Both the position numbers and the translations under genes were made by a program. The notes under the pieces are model-generated. The model ran no database searches, was not told the DNA's origin, and was given only the letters and a program-made list of their open reading frames with translations. From the sequence record NC_047815.1: a stretch of 64,000 nt of DNA. One strand, 5' to 3'. Shown here in pieces: positions 18,166 to 26,395 of the stretch. How positions within the stretch are numbered: the stretch's first letter is position 1; each line of letters begins with the position of its first letter.

Positions 18166-18799
18166 AGACGAGATTAATGGTTTTCAAGTTACAGACAAAG
18201 CTAGCGATCTGTTTCGCTATGCCTTCTATTTAAAAACACTCAACTTCGAACTGCCTACTAGCTGGTGGCAGAGTCACATCGTAGCTAACGCTGATGAAGT
18301 GCTGGAGCGTGGTCTGTTAGTAGAAGGTCCAGTTGTTTTGGCGCACGATGTTAGCATATTCGATGGTTGGAAAACAGTGTGTCGCAACAGTCGTGATTAC
18401 TGTGATGCAGCATTTGCAGGCTTGCTTGATATGTATGATCGTTTCGAGCGCGTGTTGGAGCACACAAGCCGAATGACCAACGATTTTGAATACGAATTCA
18501 ATTTACCTCAAGACCAACAGTGGTTGAATCGTAATGCTGTGCTGTTCTTTGAGCGTGCTCGTTTATTGATTGTGGTGCGCAACAACACACTCGATTCGTG
18601 GCAGATTGGCGTTAGCCCTACTGTGCGTAGTTGGATCTATCGCAAACACAACATGCTGCCTAAAAAGAGTTTCGCAGAGTGGCAGAACTTGTATGCATCA
18701 CAGAGAACGTTAGGTGGTTTAGACAAACAGCAGATCGCCGCCTGCGCTACACAGTATCTGGCTGTTAACTTTCCTGATAAGTTTGGAGGCGGTTTGTGA
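18143..18799 (+). CDS. hypothetical protein
   Basis: GTG start after AAGGAG; in frame with track ORF 18116. Confidence 0.65.
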   Translation: MDNTIQPEDEINGFQVTDKASDLFRYAFYLKTLNFELPTSWWQSHIVANADEVLERGLLVEGPVVLAHDVSIFDGWKTVCRNSRDYCDAAFAGLLDMYDRFERVLEHTSRMTNDFEYEFNLPQDQQWLNRNAVLFFERARLLIVVRNNTLDSWQIGVSPTVRSWIYRKHNMLPKKSFAEWQNLYASQRTLGGLDKQQIAACATQYLAVNFPDKFGGGL

Positions 18800-19215
18800 T
18801 CAAGAACAAACCCATAAGCCCTCAGGCTGAATACGATCTGCGTCGTAAACTTGAAGCTGATTATGCTAAGACTTTGGGTTGGGTTGAGGTCGAAGCCTGG
18901 GACTACGAAGAATGCTGTGATGCACCTCACTGGCAGCGCCCTGACAAGCATCTTATCCCAAAAGACAAACTGCGTCTTGTACAAGATGATGTTATCATGG
19001 AAGCCATTGCACGTTACGGTATCAGCTTGACCGCAGGCAGTGTTGCACATGCTGGTGGCATACGTTATCGTCAGTGGACCGCAAGCTGTCAAACATCGAG
19101 CAAGCGTATTGCTGAGGTAGGTGATACCGTTGTTGAAGCCGTCGTGCGTCTGCGTATTAAAATAAACGAAACTCCTAACTTTCTCAACAAGGTACTTGCA
19201 GAAAATGAAAGATGA
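18796..19215 (+). CDS. hypothetical protein
   Basis: GGAGG RBS; 4-nt overlap with upstream gene. Confidence 0.7.
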   Translation: MIKNKPISPQAEYDLRRKLEADYAKTLGWVEVEAWDYEECCDAPHWQRPDKHLIPKDKLRLVQDDVIMEAIARYGISLTAGSVAHAGGIRYRQWTASCQTSSKRIAEVGDTVVEAVVRLRIKINETPNFLNKVLAENER

Positions 19216-19525
19216 AACTCAGCCTATTCCTGGCATCGTTAGTCCCGCTAAGTTACACAGTATTCTCAGCAGCCTTGCGCGTGAATCAGAACGTCTTGGT
19301 CGTGAGATCGATATAACTACAGGTATTCAAAACAATGGCGCACAAGGCCTGTGTGGTGACCTGTCTAGCGTTGAAGGTATCTACGCAGAGATTGAACGCC
19401 TCGTAGAAGTGATTGAAGGCAAGCGCCGTGAACTTGCCCGTGTTCGTCAAGGTACAGACCATGTCTATATCGAAAACCGTGTAGACTATCTCTATAATAA
19501 ATATTGCGGACGTTCCGCTAGTTAA
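19205..19525 (+). CDS. helical hypothetical protein
   Basis: Two amphipathic helices; start 19196 or 19205. Confidence 0.65.
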   Translation: MKDETQPIPGIVSPAKLHSILSSLARESERLGREIDITTGIQNNGAQGLCGDLSSVEGIYAEIERLVEVIEGKRRELARVRQGTDHVYIENRVDYLYNKYCGRSAS

Positions 19526-19536
19526 GGTAAATAAAA

Positions 19537-19908
19537 ATGCGTAAGATTATTGCTCTGTTTTTCGTTTTGTTTTTGACTTCATGCAACGATGCTGATGTGG
19601 CCAGTGACAATCTCTCTAAAGCCGCAGATAACTTTGAACTGAATCGCCGAATCGTTTTCTATAACGGCATTACTAGTGATTACATTTTCACTATTGAAGG
19701 TCTTTGTTCTAAGGACAACAGCAGCACTGAGAAAAAGCTGGCTATTACGTGCAAGACTGGTCCAAATACCTTCAAGAAACACTTCTTAGGTCTGAGTGAC
19801 AACGTGACCTATTTTATCGAACAGCTTGAGCCTGCAACCACTAGCGTGTATCACTATCGCGTTGTGTTCAAGCCATCCGTAATCATTCCTGATATTGAGA
19901 TCAAGTGA
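19537..19908 (+). CDS. putative lipoprotein, conserved phage family
   Basis: Signal peptide with lipobox LTS-C; ADNFELNRRIVFYNGIT. Confidence 0.75.
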   Translation: MRKIIALFFVLFLTSCNDADVASDNLSKAADNFELNRRIVFYNGITSDYIFTIEGLCSKDNSSTEKKLAITCKTGPNTFKKHFLGLSDNVTYFIEQLEPATTSVYHYRVVFKPSVIIPDIEIK

Positions 19909-20390
19909 TGACTGAGACCAAAGCTATCGCAATCATGGCAAGTCTGTTTGGACTTGCTACTATCAGTCACAGCCGTCGTCGTAGCTGTGCAGCAGCCGTT
20001 GTCAGACTGGTTGAAGGCGTACCAGTAATGATTGCTACTGGTGTTAACGGCACAGCGCCTGGCACGGAAAATGCGTGTGAGCCAGAAGATCTAAGCAGCA
20101 CCTTCTCACATGTTATTCATGCAGAAGATAACTGTTTGCGTCGTTATGCCTCTACGTGTACCTCTCAAGATGGCGACATGCTGTTTGTTACTGACAGTCC
20201 GTGTCCAGCCTGCTTTCAGCTTGTACTTAATACGGGCATTCGTCGCGTATACTATGCGCGTGGCTATCGCATTCAAGACCACTTGCCTCTTGCTGACGAA
20301 CACGGACTTGAATTTGTACAGGTCGATTTGCAGCAGGTGCGTATGGCTCTTGTTGAAGCCCACCAGCGTATTGACCGCGTAATCTGCTAA
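19905..20390 (+). CDS. dCMP deaminase (ComEB-like)
   Basis: HAEDN and SPCPAC zinc-deaminase motifs, TGVNG, GIRRVYY. Confidence 0.85.
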   Translation: MMTETKAIAIMASLFGLATISHSRRRSCAAAVVRLVEGVPVMIATGVNGTAPGTENACEPEDLSSTFSHVIHAEDNCLRRYASTCTSQDGDMLFVTDSPCPACFQLVLNTGIRRVYYARGYRIQDHLPLADEHGLEFVQVDLQQVRMALVEAHQRIDRVIC

Positions 20391-20400
20391 GGACAATTCT

Positions 20401-20880
20401 GTGGACGAGAAGACACTCGACAAAAGTTTCACTCTGGATGTAATCGGCGAGATTGAACTCCAAGCGGAATCTGAGCAGGTCATGCAAGATCTAGCCCAGA
20501 AAATGTATGATGAAACGCGTGATGCAGTAATCGCAGAACTGCGACACAAGCATGGCGGTGATCGTGTTGTGTTTCAAACAGACAAGGGCAACTGGTTTGA
20601 GACTACCGTTCAAGACTTAGCTGATCATGCAATGCGTGCTCACTATGAGAAAGGACTGAATGAACTTGACCAACCTTGGTTCCCACCTGAAGGTAGTGAT
20701 GTACGAACTGTGTTCGGCTCAACCAGTGCGGACATGACAGGTAAAGTCAATCTGACTAATCTCAAGAATCGCGTACTGCGTGAAGGCAGCAAGAGCACGC
20801 CTGTTGTGATCAAGAAATCTGTAAAAAGAAGTGCTGCCTCTGCACAACGCAAGGCACGTAAACAAAATCGTAAGAAGTGA
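20401..20880 (+). CDS. hypothetical protein with basic C-terminal tail
   Basis: AAGGA RBS, GTG start. Confidence 0.65.
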   Translation: MDEKTLDKSFTLDVIGEIELQAESEQVMQDLAQKMYDETRDAVIAELRHKHGGDRVVFQTDKGNWFETTVQDLADHAMRAHYEKGLNELDQPWFPPEGSDVRTVFGSTSADMTGKVNLTNLKNRVLREGSKSTPVVIKKSVKRSAASAQRKARKQNRKK

Positions 20881-20888
20881 GAACAACA

Positions 20889-21329
20889 ATGGCAAAAGAT
20901 TTATCTCAGTATTTGCGTCCGCACAACAGTGATGGACAAACTGGCGCGGTTGGTCCAGGCCCATGCCCTAAGGGCGAACCAGGACAGCCGAGCGTTAACG
21001 GCGAACCTGAACAGTCTGAATCACGCACCAACTATAGCGGTATCGCTCTTGCTTTGGGCTTTACTCTCGATCAGGCAATGGTCGTAAACGATGGACGTGA
21101 CGGTGAATTCTTCCGTGACATTATCGACTCATACGCACCTAAGATGCGTCAAGAACTTGAAACGTTGTGGGCTGAATACTCAGCACCAGCAACACCTGTT
21201 GCTGACAGCTTTGACCTCGACGCGCTTGATGCTATTGAGATCGACGAAGAAGCTGTTGCCGCTAAACAAGCTGGTGGCGGTGAAGCTATCGATGAAGATG
21301 ATGCGGACTGTGAAGGCTGCAAAATCTAA
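20889..21329 (+). CDS. acidic hypothetical protein ending in CxxCKI
   Basis: C-terminus DEDDADCEGCKI; short Gly/Pro-rich N-terminal segment. Confidence 0.7.
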   Translation: MAKDLSQYLRPHNSDGQTGAVGPGPCPKGEPGQPSVNGEPEQSESRTNYSGIALALGFTLDQAMVVNDGRDGEFFRDIIDSYAPKMRQELETLWAEYSAPATPVADSFDLDALDAIEIDEEAVAAKQAGGGEAIDEDDADCEGCKI

Positions 21330-21337
21330 AACTAATT

Positions 21338-21360
21338 GGGTGGCCTTGTGCCGCCCTCTT
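21338..21360 (+). terminator. probable intrinsic terminator
   Basis: GGGTGGC-CTTGT-GCCGCCC followed by TCTTT. Confidence 0.6.
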
Positions 21361-21373
21361 TCAGGATTATGCA

Positions 21374-21907
21374 ATGCAAATTGGTTATCGCTGCAAAAAC
21401 TGTAAGTACGTCCACAACAGCATTGTGTCTAGCTGTGACTGTGAATCAAGTCATACATTCGAGTACACCAAAGTCGCTATTCATGATCTGCCACAAACAA
21501 CTCCAGAAGTGCCTGACATTACTACTCTTGACTATACGCAGGATGACTGGCATGTTAACATTCCTGGCGGTCAGTACGGTAACGGTGTGTATGCGTATAC
21601 AGGCCCGTGGCAAGAACACAATGCAAGGTTTGGGCATGAGACTGTTGCGCATGTAATGGGAACAGGTCAACACCTCGATCGTCACCATCGTGCAGATCGT
21701 AAAAACGAACGCGCTAATCTGGTGTTGGTCAGTGGTGCTAACCGACTGCTTGAAGCGTGCTATATGGCTCTTGCCTACTTTGAACTAAAGCAAAAAGTGC
21801 AAGGCAGCAGCCCACGTAACTCTGCACGTATTGCTGTTTTGAAAGATGCTATCGTCAAAGCAACAGACCAAAGTCCTCTCGACGTCCGCCACACTGAGAA
21901 GAAATAA
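21374..21907 (+). CDS. hypothetical protein with N-terminal Cys cluster
   Basis: CKNC...CDC. Confidence 0.65.
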   Translation: MQIGYRCKNCKYVHNSIVSSCDCESSHTFEYTKVAIHDLPQTTPEVPDITTLDYTQDDWHVNIPGGQYGNGVYAYTGPWQEHNARFGHETVAHVMGTGQHLDRHHRADRKNERANLVLVSGANRLLEACYMALAYFELKQKVQGSSPRNSARIAVLKDAIVKATDQSPLDVRHTEKK

Positions 21908-21922
21908 AGGAAGCACGAGAAA

Positions 21923-22243
21923 ATGTACAATGCCCTAAAGTATGTGATGTTTATCAGAACTGAAAAGCACCGTGATGGTACTGTTGTCCGTCAGCACTTG
22001 CCTGTTATCTTTGCTGCTTGTGTTATGCACAGCGACATGGCAGAGCGTATGCGCGAACAAGGCTGGAACGAAGGACGTCATGATCGCACTGACGTTGAAA
22101 TCGAACCCGTTAGTGCTGGCTTTATGTATATTCCGAAAATGGAATGTTTTGGTGAATCTGAATCTCTTGGACTCAAGAGCCGCAAAGAAGATACGTTGAT
22201 CATCCAGCAGTGGCCAGACAATAAGGGGATGATCGCAGAATGA
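21923..22243 (+). CDS. hypothetical protein
   Basis: AAGGA RBS. Confidence 0.65.
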   Translation: MYNALKYVMFIRTEKHRDGTVVRQHLPVIFAACVMHSDMAERMREQGWNEGRHDRTDVEIEPVSAGFMYIPKMECFGESESLGLKSRKEDTLIIQQWPDNKGMIAE

Positions 22244-22581
22244 CTTTGAGCATGTTTCTATACAATTTTGTAGGTATCATTGTCGCCGTTGCCGTGTTTC
22301 TCTTGCATTTGCATTTTACTGAACGCCGACCACGTGCCTTGTACTTGCGCAAGCAACAAGCTGCGTTGAGAGCGGTACAGAACGGTCTGTTACACAGAGG
22401 TCAGATCTACGAACATCATAGCGGGCGCAAGTACATTCTGTTGTTGGTAACAAACGATACCTGTGACGACCTTGTCAAGTGGCCTGTCACCGTTTCTTAC
22501 TGCGATATGGCCAGAGAAAACTATTACAGCAGACCTCTACATGAGTTTATGATCAACATGAAACTCTGCAAAGAACTGTAA
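22240..22581 (+). CDS. TM-anchored DUF1653-like protein
   Basis: N-terminal TM segment; GQIYEHHSGRKY...VSYCD...YYSRPLHEF. Confidence 0.6.
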   Translation: MTLSMFLYNFVGIIVAVAVFLLHLHFTERRPRALYLRKQQAALRAVQNGLLHRGQIYEHHSGRKYILLLVTNDTCDDLVKWPVTVSYCDMARENYYSRPLHEFMINMKLCKEL

Positions 22582-22583
22582 AT
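22576..22583 (+). promoter_or_regulatory. putative phage promoter CTGTAAAT upstream of thyA
   Basis: Overlaps the upstream stop codon; followed by (ACATA)x3 and AGGAG. Confidence 0.55.
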
Positions 22584-22620
22584 CTATAAAACATAACATA
22601 ACATAACAGGAGAGCGCCGC

Positions 22621-23721
22621 GTGAGTGCCAACTTTGATATTCGTAATCCCCAACACCGTGAAATGTATCTGATGGAAAGCGTTGATGGTCAGTACATGGG
22701 GCTGGTTAAAGCTATTCGTGAAACAGGTACTGTTGAAGGTGACTCACAGCGCAGTGAAGATACTTGGCGCTCCTTGATTGGTTGTGTGACTCAGTTACGC
22801 AACACCACACTAGCGTTTCCTGCTTTGCTGTCTAAGCAAGTTGCTTGGCTGCCTGCTGTTCGTGAGACCTGTTGGTTCATGCGCGGTGAGACTAACATCA
22901 AGACTCTCGACAGCAAGATCTGGGACGAGTGGGCAGACGTTGAGGGTGAGTGTGGTCCTATCTACGGTGAAATGTGGCGTCACTGGCCAGACAACAAGAT
23001 CTTCTATTCAAGCAACACGATGGACGAACTTCAGGTCAGCGAAGCATATCGCCAGCGCATCGATCGTGAAAAGCAGCGTATGCTTGCAGCAGGTGCGCAT
23101 GTTACTGAACTGCCAGATGGGCGTGAACTGTTTGAATTGGAGATTGACCAACTGCTTGATGCTCTGCTTGCTATTTGCAGTCATAGTCGCAGTCGTCGCA
23201 TTCTTGTTAATGCATTTAACCCTGGCTACATTCATATGCAGGGTCTGCCTCCTTGTCATGTTATGTTTGACTTCAACGTGACCAAGGCCACACGTTATGA
23301 TGAGCTTGCGGCAGCAGCGGCAGGTCGTGAAGTCTATGGCGATACACTGCACCTGACAGCAACCATGCGCAGCCAAGACGTCCTCCTCGGTCGTCCTTTC
23401 AACATCATCGGCTACACCACGCTGCTGCACCTGTTTGCCAAGTATGCTCGTCTCAATATTGGTACCATGACACTCAACACCAGCAACACCCATGTGTACG
23501 AACACCACTGGGACGCGCTGAAACAACAACAGCGTCAATACGAAGAACTGATTGCTGAAATGGAACAATCCGGTCAGCCTATGCAATATCCTACGTTGCG
23601 TATCAGCGATGACATATTCAAGTTCAGCCCTAAAGAACTGCTGGACAACATTACCGCAGACTATTTTCAGCTTGAAGGCTATCAGCCTAAAGCACCTGTT
23701 CGTGGGAGGGTGACAGTATAA
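22621..23721 (+). CDS. thyA: thymidylate synthase
   Basis: GPIYGEMWR, SRRILV, LPPCH catalytic Cys, RSQDVLLGRPFN (dUMP-specifying Asn), THVY. Confidence 0.9.
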   Translation: MSANFDIRNPQHREMYLMESVDGQYMGLVKAIRETGTVEGDSQRSEDTWRSLIGCVTQLRNTTLAFPALLSKQVAWLPAVRETCWFMRGETNIKTLDSKIWDEWADVEGECGPIYGEMWRHWPDNKIFYSSNTMDELQVSEAYRQRIDREKQRMLAAGAHVTELPDGRELFELEIDQLLDALLAICSHSRSRRILVNAFNPGYIHMQGLPPCHVMFDFNVTKATRYDELAAAAAGREVYGDTLHLTATMRSQDVLLGRPFNIIGYTTLLHLFAKYARLNIGTMTLNTSNTHVYEHHWDALKQQQRQYEELIAEMEQSGQPMQYPTLRISDDIFKFSPKELLDNITADYFQLEGYQPKAPVRGRVTV

Positions 23722-24359
23722 TGTTTCATCTTATCAAGCTACTGCCAAACAACTGTTTCGAAGTGCTGGCTGAACCTGATCAAGCACTGCCGGATGTTGG
23801 CGTATCAGTGTGCATTCATCTGATCTCGCGCTTCCGACTGCACAACTGCACGGTGCTTGCTCATATTGGTCACAACAAAGTCATTGTGCAACAAACACAA
23901 GATGAACCTACTGTTTGGCACGCAGACCAGATTTATCATGTAGGTGAAGAAGGTGATGTGTGGTCAGATCTCACTGAGGCTGGTCTCAAGTATATAACCA
24001 CCAGCCGTGATCACAAGATTCAGCAACTGTGTCAGGCTATGGTAGAGGAACTTGTTCGCGCAGAACAGAAACATCCCAAGTGGACAAGTGATGCCGTACA
24101 CGCTGCTGGTATCTTAGCAGAAGAAAGTGGTGAAGCGATGCAGGCGGCTGTTGACTTCAACGCAACTGGCGACAAGCAGCATATCCCGCTGTTGATTACG
24201 GAAACTATTCAGACTGGTGCTATGTGCTTGCGCCTGTTGCTCAACGCTGATAAGTTCCGCAAGCCTATTGACGCGCAAGCCGTGCTCAACATCCTCGAAA
24301 GCAATGAAATTGACGAGGCAGACAAGCTGTTTGAAATTGCTGCTTTGATTAAGGAATAA
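23721..24359 (+). CDS. two-domain protein with C-terminal MazG-like pyrophosphohydrolase
   Basis: ILAEESGEAMQAA...ETIQTGAM. Confidence 0.55.
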   Translation: MFHLIKLLPNNCFEVLAEPDQALPDVGVSVCIHLISRFRLHNCTVLAHIGHNKVIVQQTQDEPTVWHADQIYHVGEEGDVWSDLTEAGLKYITTSRDHKIQQLCQAMVEELVRAEQKHPKWTSDAVHAAGILAEESGEAMQAAVDFNATGDKQHIPLLITETIQTGAMCLRLLLNADKFRKPIDAQAVLNILESNEIDEADKLFEIAALIKE

Positions 24360-24360
24360 C

Positions 24361-25275
24361 ATGGAACTTAGTCAGTTAACAACGATGCATCTTAACGTGC
24401 GTGAAGTTTTAGCGCACGGTCCTTACGGTATGAAGAATGATCCAGACCCTTCGTACTATGTTATCCTTCGTGCAGATGAACCAGTAACAGTAGGTCAGTT
24501 TGCCAACATCGTCGTCAACGAGCATTTAACACTGTGGGATGTTGAAGTAACGGATAACGGCGATGACGTTGAGCCAGGTAACTTCTGGCAGTTGGTGTTT
24601 AAGGCAAGCAGACAAGATGACATGGAGCATGGTCTCAGTTTTCCAGACGTGTTTCGTGCATATGAATTGCGTCAAGCAGCACCAGACATGTTGCCCGTGC
24701 GTAAGCTGATGGAAGAAATTGTCGTTGCGGTGCAAGCTGCTTATGGCGCTGTTGATGGTAACGTGAGTGTAGATCTCGTAGGCGACATGTTGCACGTTAC
24801 AGGCAACGATCTCGATGAGCAAGTTCCTCTACATCCATTCTATGTTAGTCGTGCGCTGATGGGTCCTACAAGTTTTAGTCGCACTCAGACAGGCGAGTTG
24901 CATGTTCATCTTGAATATCCAGACGTTGACCCTCTTGTTAACTGGACAACGAATCACAACAGCGAGCTACAGGCACGCGCCCGCGACTATCTTGACGTCG
25001 TGTGTCTGGCTCTTGTGTGCAAGCCTGTAGATGAGCACGGTCGTCCGCAATACTGGTACATCACTGTGTTAAAGAACGGTAGCATGAGCGAGCAGTCCGT
25101 TCCATACACGCACATCATGCGCTTTGCCAAGCTGGGGCAATATCCAAAGGTCACGTTCGAGCGTGAGCGTGGTGGCTATCGTCTTGAAGTCAACAACGAT
25201 GAACTTCTTCCCCAAGAGGTGTTAGCCCTCGAGAAGTTTGATGGTCGTGCGCTTGCTCTAACATTCGGCTTGTAA
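24361..25275 (+). CDS. hypothetical protein
   Basis: AAGGA RBS, 304 aa. Confidence 0.7.
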   Translation: MELSQLTTMHLNVREVLAHGPYGMKNDPDPSYYVILRADEPVTVGQFANIVVNEHLTLWDVEVTDNGDDVEPGNFWQLVFKASRQDDMEHGLSFPDVFRAYELRQAAPDMLPVRKLMEEIVVAVQAAYGAVDGNVSVDLVGDMLHVTGNDLDEQVPLHPFYVSRALMGPTSFSRTQTGELHVHLEYPDVDPLVNWTTNHNSELQARARDYLDVVCLALVCKPVDEHGRPQYWYITVLKNGSMSEQSVPYTHIMRFAKLGQYPKVTFERERGGYRLEVNNDELLPQEVLALEKFDGRALALTFGL

Positions 25276-25322
25276 TCTTTCTCGCTAATTTCTGCACATG
25301 GTAATTTCGAGAGGACTAACAA

Positions 25323-25658
25323 ATGCAGCCAGGTCAAACGTTTTCATTCTACCCGTTCAAGATGTTTTCAGCACCACAGCGTGACCCTATCTATACAGGT
25401 CGCACTAACTTTACTACTCATGTGCGTGAACTTCCCGTCATGATAGGTCAGACGGATGTTGATTTTGAATTCAGTCATACCGAACGTCAGCAGATGGATC
25501 AGCCTAGCCTGTTCTTTACAGCACACGACGCAGCGGGACCTATCGAGATTGAACGAGTAGCTGTGCTGGGCTTAAAGATAACCGTATTATTTAAGCGACA
25601 GGTACAGGGCTTTGCCAAGCTAAGAGGCGAATGGCAGGTAATCACTCACTACTATTAA
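25323..25658 (+). CDS. hypothetical protein
   Basis: GAGGA RBS. Confidence 0.65.
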   Translation: MQPGQTFSFYPFKMFSAPQRDPIYTGRTNFTTHVRELPVMIGQTDVDFEFSHTERQQMDQPSLFFTAHDAAGPIEIERVAVLGLKITVLFKRQVQGFAKLRGEWQVITHYY

Positions 25659-25660
25659 AT

Positions 25661-25668
25661 CTGTAAAT
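25661..25668 (+). promoter_or_regulatory. putative phage promoter CTGTAAAT upstream of the ParB/methyltransferase pair
   Basis: AAATCTGTAAATA, intergenic. Confidence 0.6.
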
Positions 25669-25705
25669 ATGGGTTAGACAAGCTAGCCCATTCAAGAGAG
25701 TATCT

Positions 25706-26386
25706 ATGTCAACCACCAAAGTGAAAGTTAAAAAGAAAACTGGTAAAGGTGCTATTTCGCTCAAAGATCTAAAAGACGTAAAGCAACTTAAAGGTGCATC
25801 GTATAACCCACGCATCATTACCGATCGTCGTCTCAAAGACCTCGAAAAGTCTTTAGGTGCATTCGGTGACCTGTCAGGTGTTGTGTTCAACAACAACGTA
25901 AACAGTGGCGTGATGATTTCAGGCCACCAGCGTATCAGCAGTATCAAAGGTTGGAAGACACGTATTGAAGTGCAGCAGACCTCAGATGATCATGGCACTG
26001 TTGGTCTTGGCTTTATTCATGCTACCAGCCCTAAGGGCAAAAAGATTAGCATCCCACTGCGTGTTGTAGATTGGTCAGACAAGAAAGCAGAGTTTGCTGC
26101 TAACATTGCCGCCAACGCACACGGCGGTGAGTTTGATAACAAGAAACTTGCCAAGCTGGTTGAAAAGCTGGACATGAGCAAGATGCCAAGCGCCCTGATT
26201 GGTCTTGACCCGCTTCATATTCGCGGTCTGCAACAAAAGCTGATCAAAGATGGTGTGCCGCCAGAAAAAGCTGGTCGTACTACTGGTACCATGAACGGTG
26301 CAAGCGGTCAGTTCAACGAAGCAACAGTTGAAGACGTTGGTTCGGGTATGCAGCACAAGTGCCCACGTTGTAACTTCTCCTGGTAA
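25706..26386 (+). CDS. ParB/Srx-like N-terminal domain protein with C-terminal Cys motif
   Basis: LKGASYNPR, SLGAFG, MISGHQR, AANAHGGEFD; terminal HKCPRCNFSW. Confidence 0.75.
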   Translation: MSTTKVKVKKKTGKGAISLKDLKDVKQLKGASYNPRIITDRRLKDLEKSLGAFGDLSGVVFNNNVNSGVMISGHQRISSIKGWKTRIEVQQTSDDHGTVGLGFIHATSPKGKKISIPLRVVDWSDKKAEFAANIAANAHGGEFDNKKLAKLVEKLDMSKMPSALIGLDPLHIRGLQQKLIKDGVPPEKAGRTTGTMNGASGQFNEATVEDVGSGMQHKCPRCNFSW

Positions 26387-26395
26387 GGAACGTAC

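Noticed and set aside
22621-23721. ThyA homolog as a dCMP hydroxymethylase for base modification
   Set aside because: It keeps the dUMP-specifying Asn (GRPFN); dCMP hydroxymethylases have Asp there. It reads as an ordinary thymidylate synthase.
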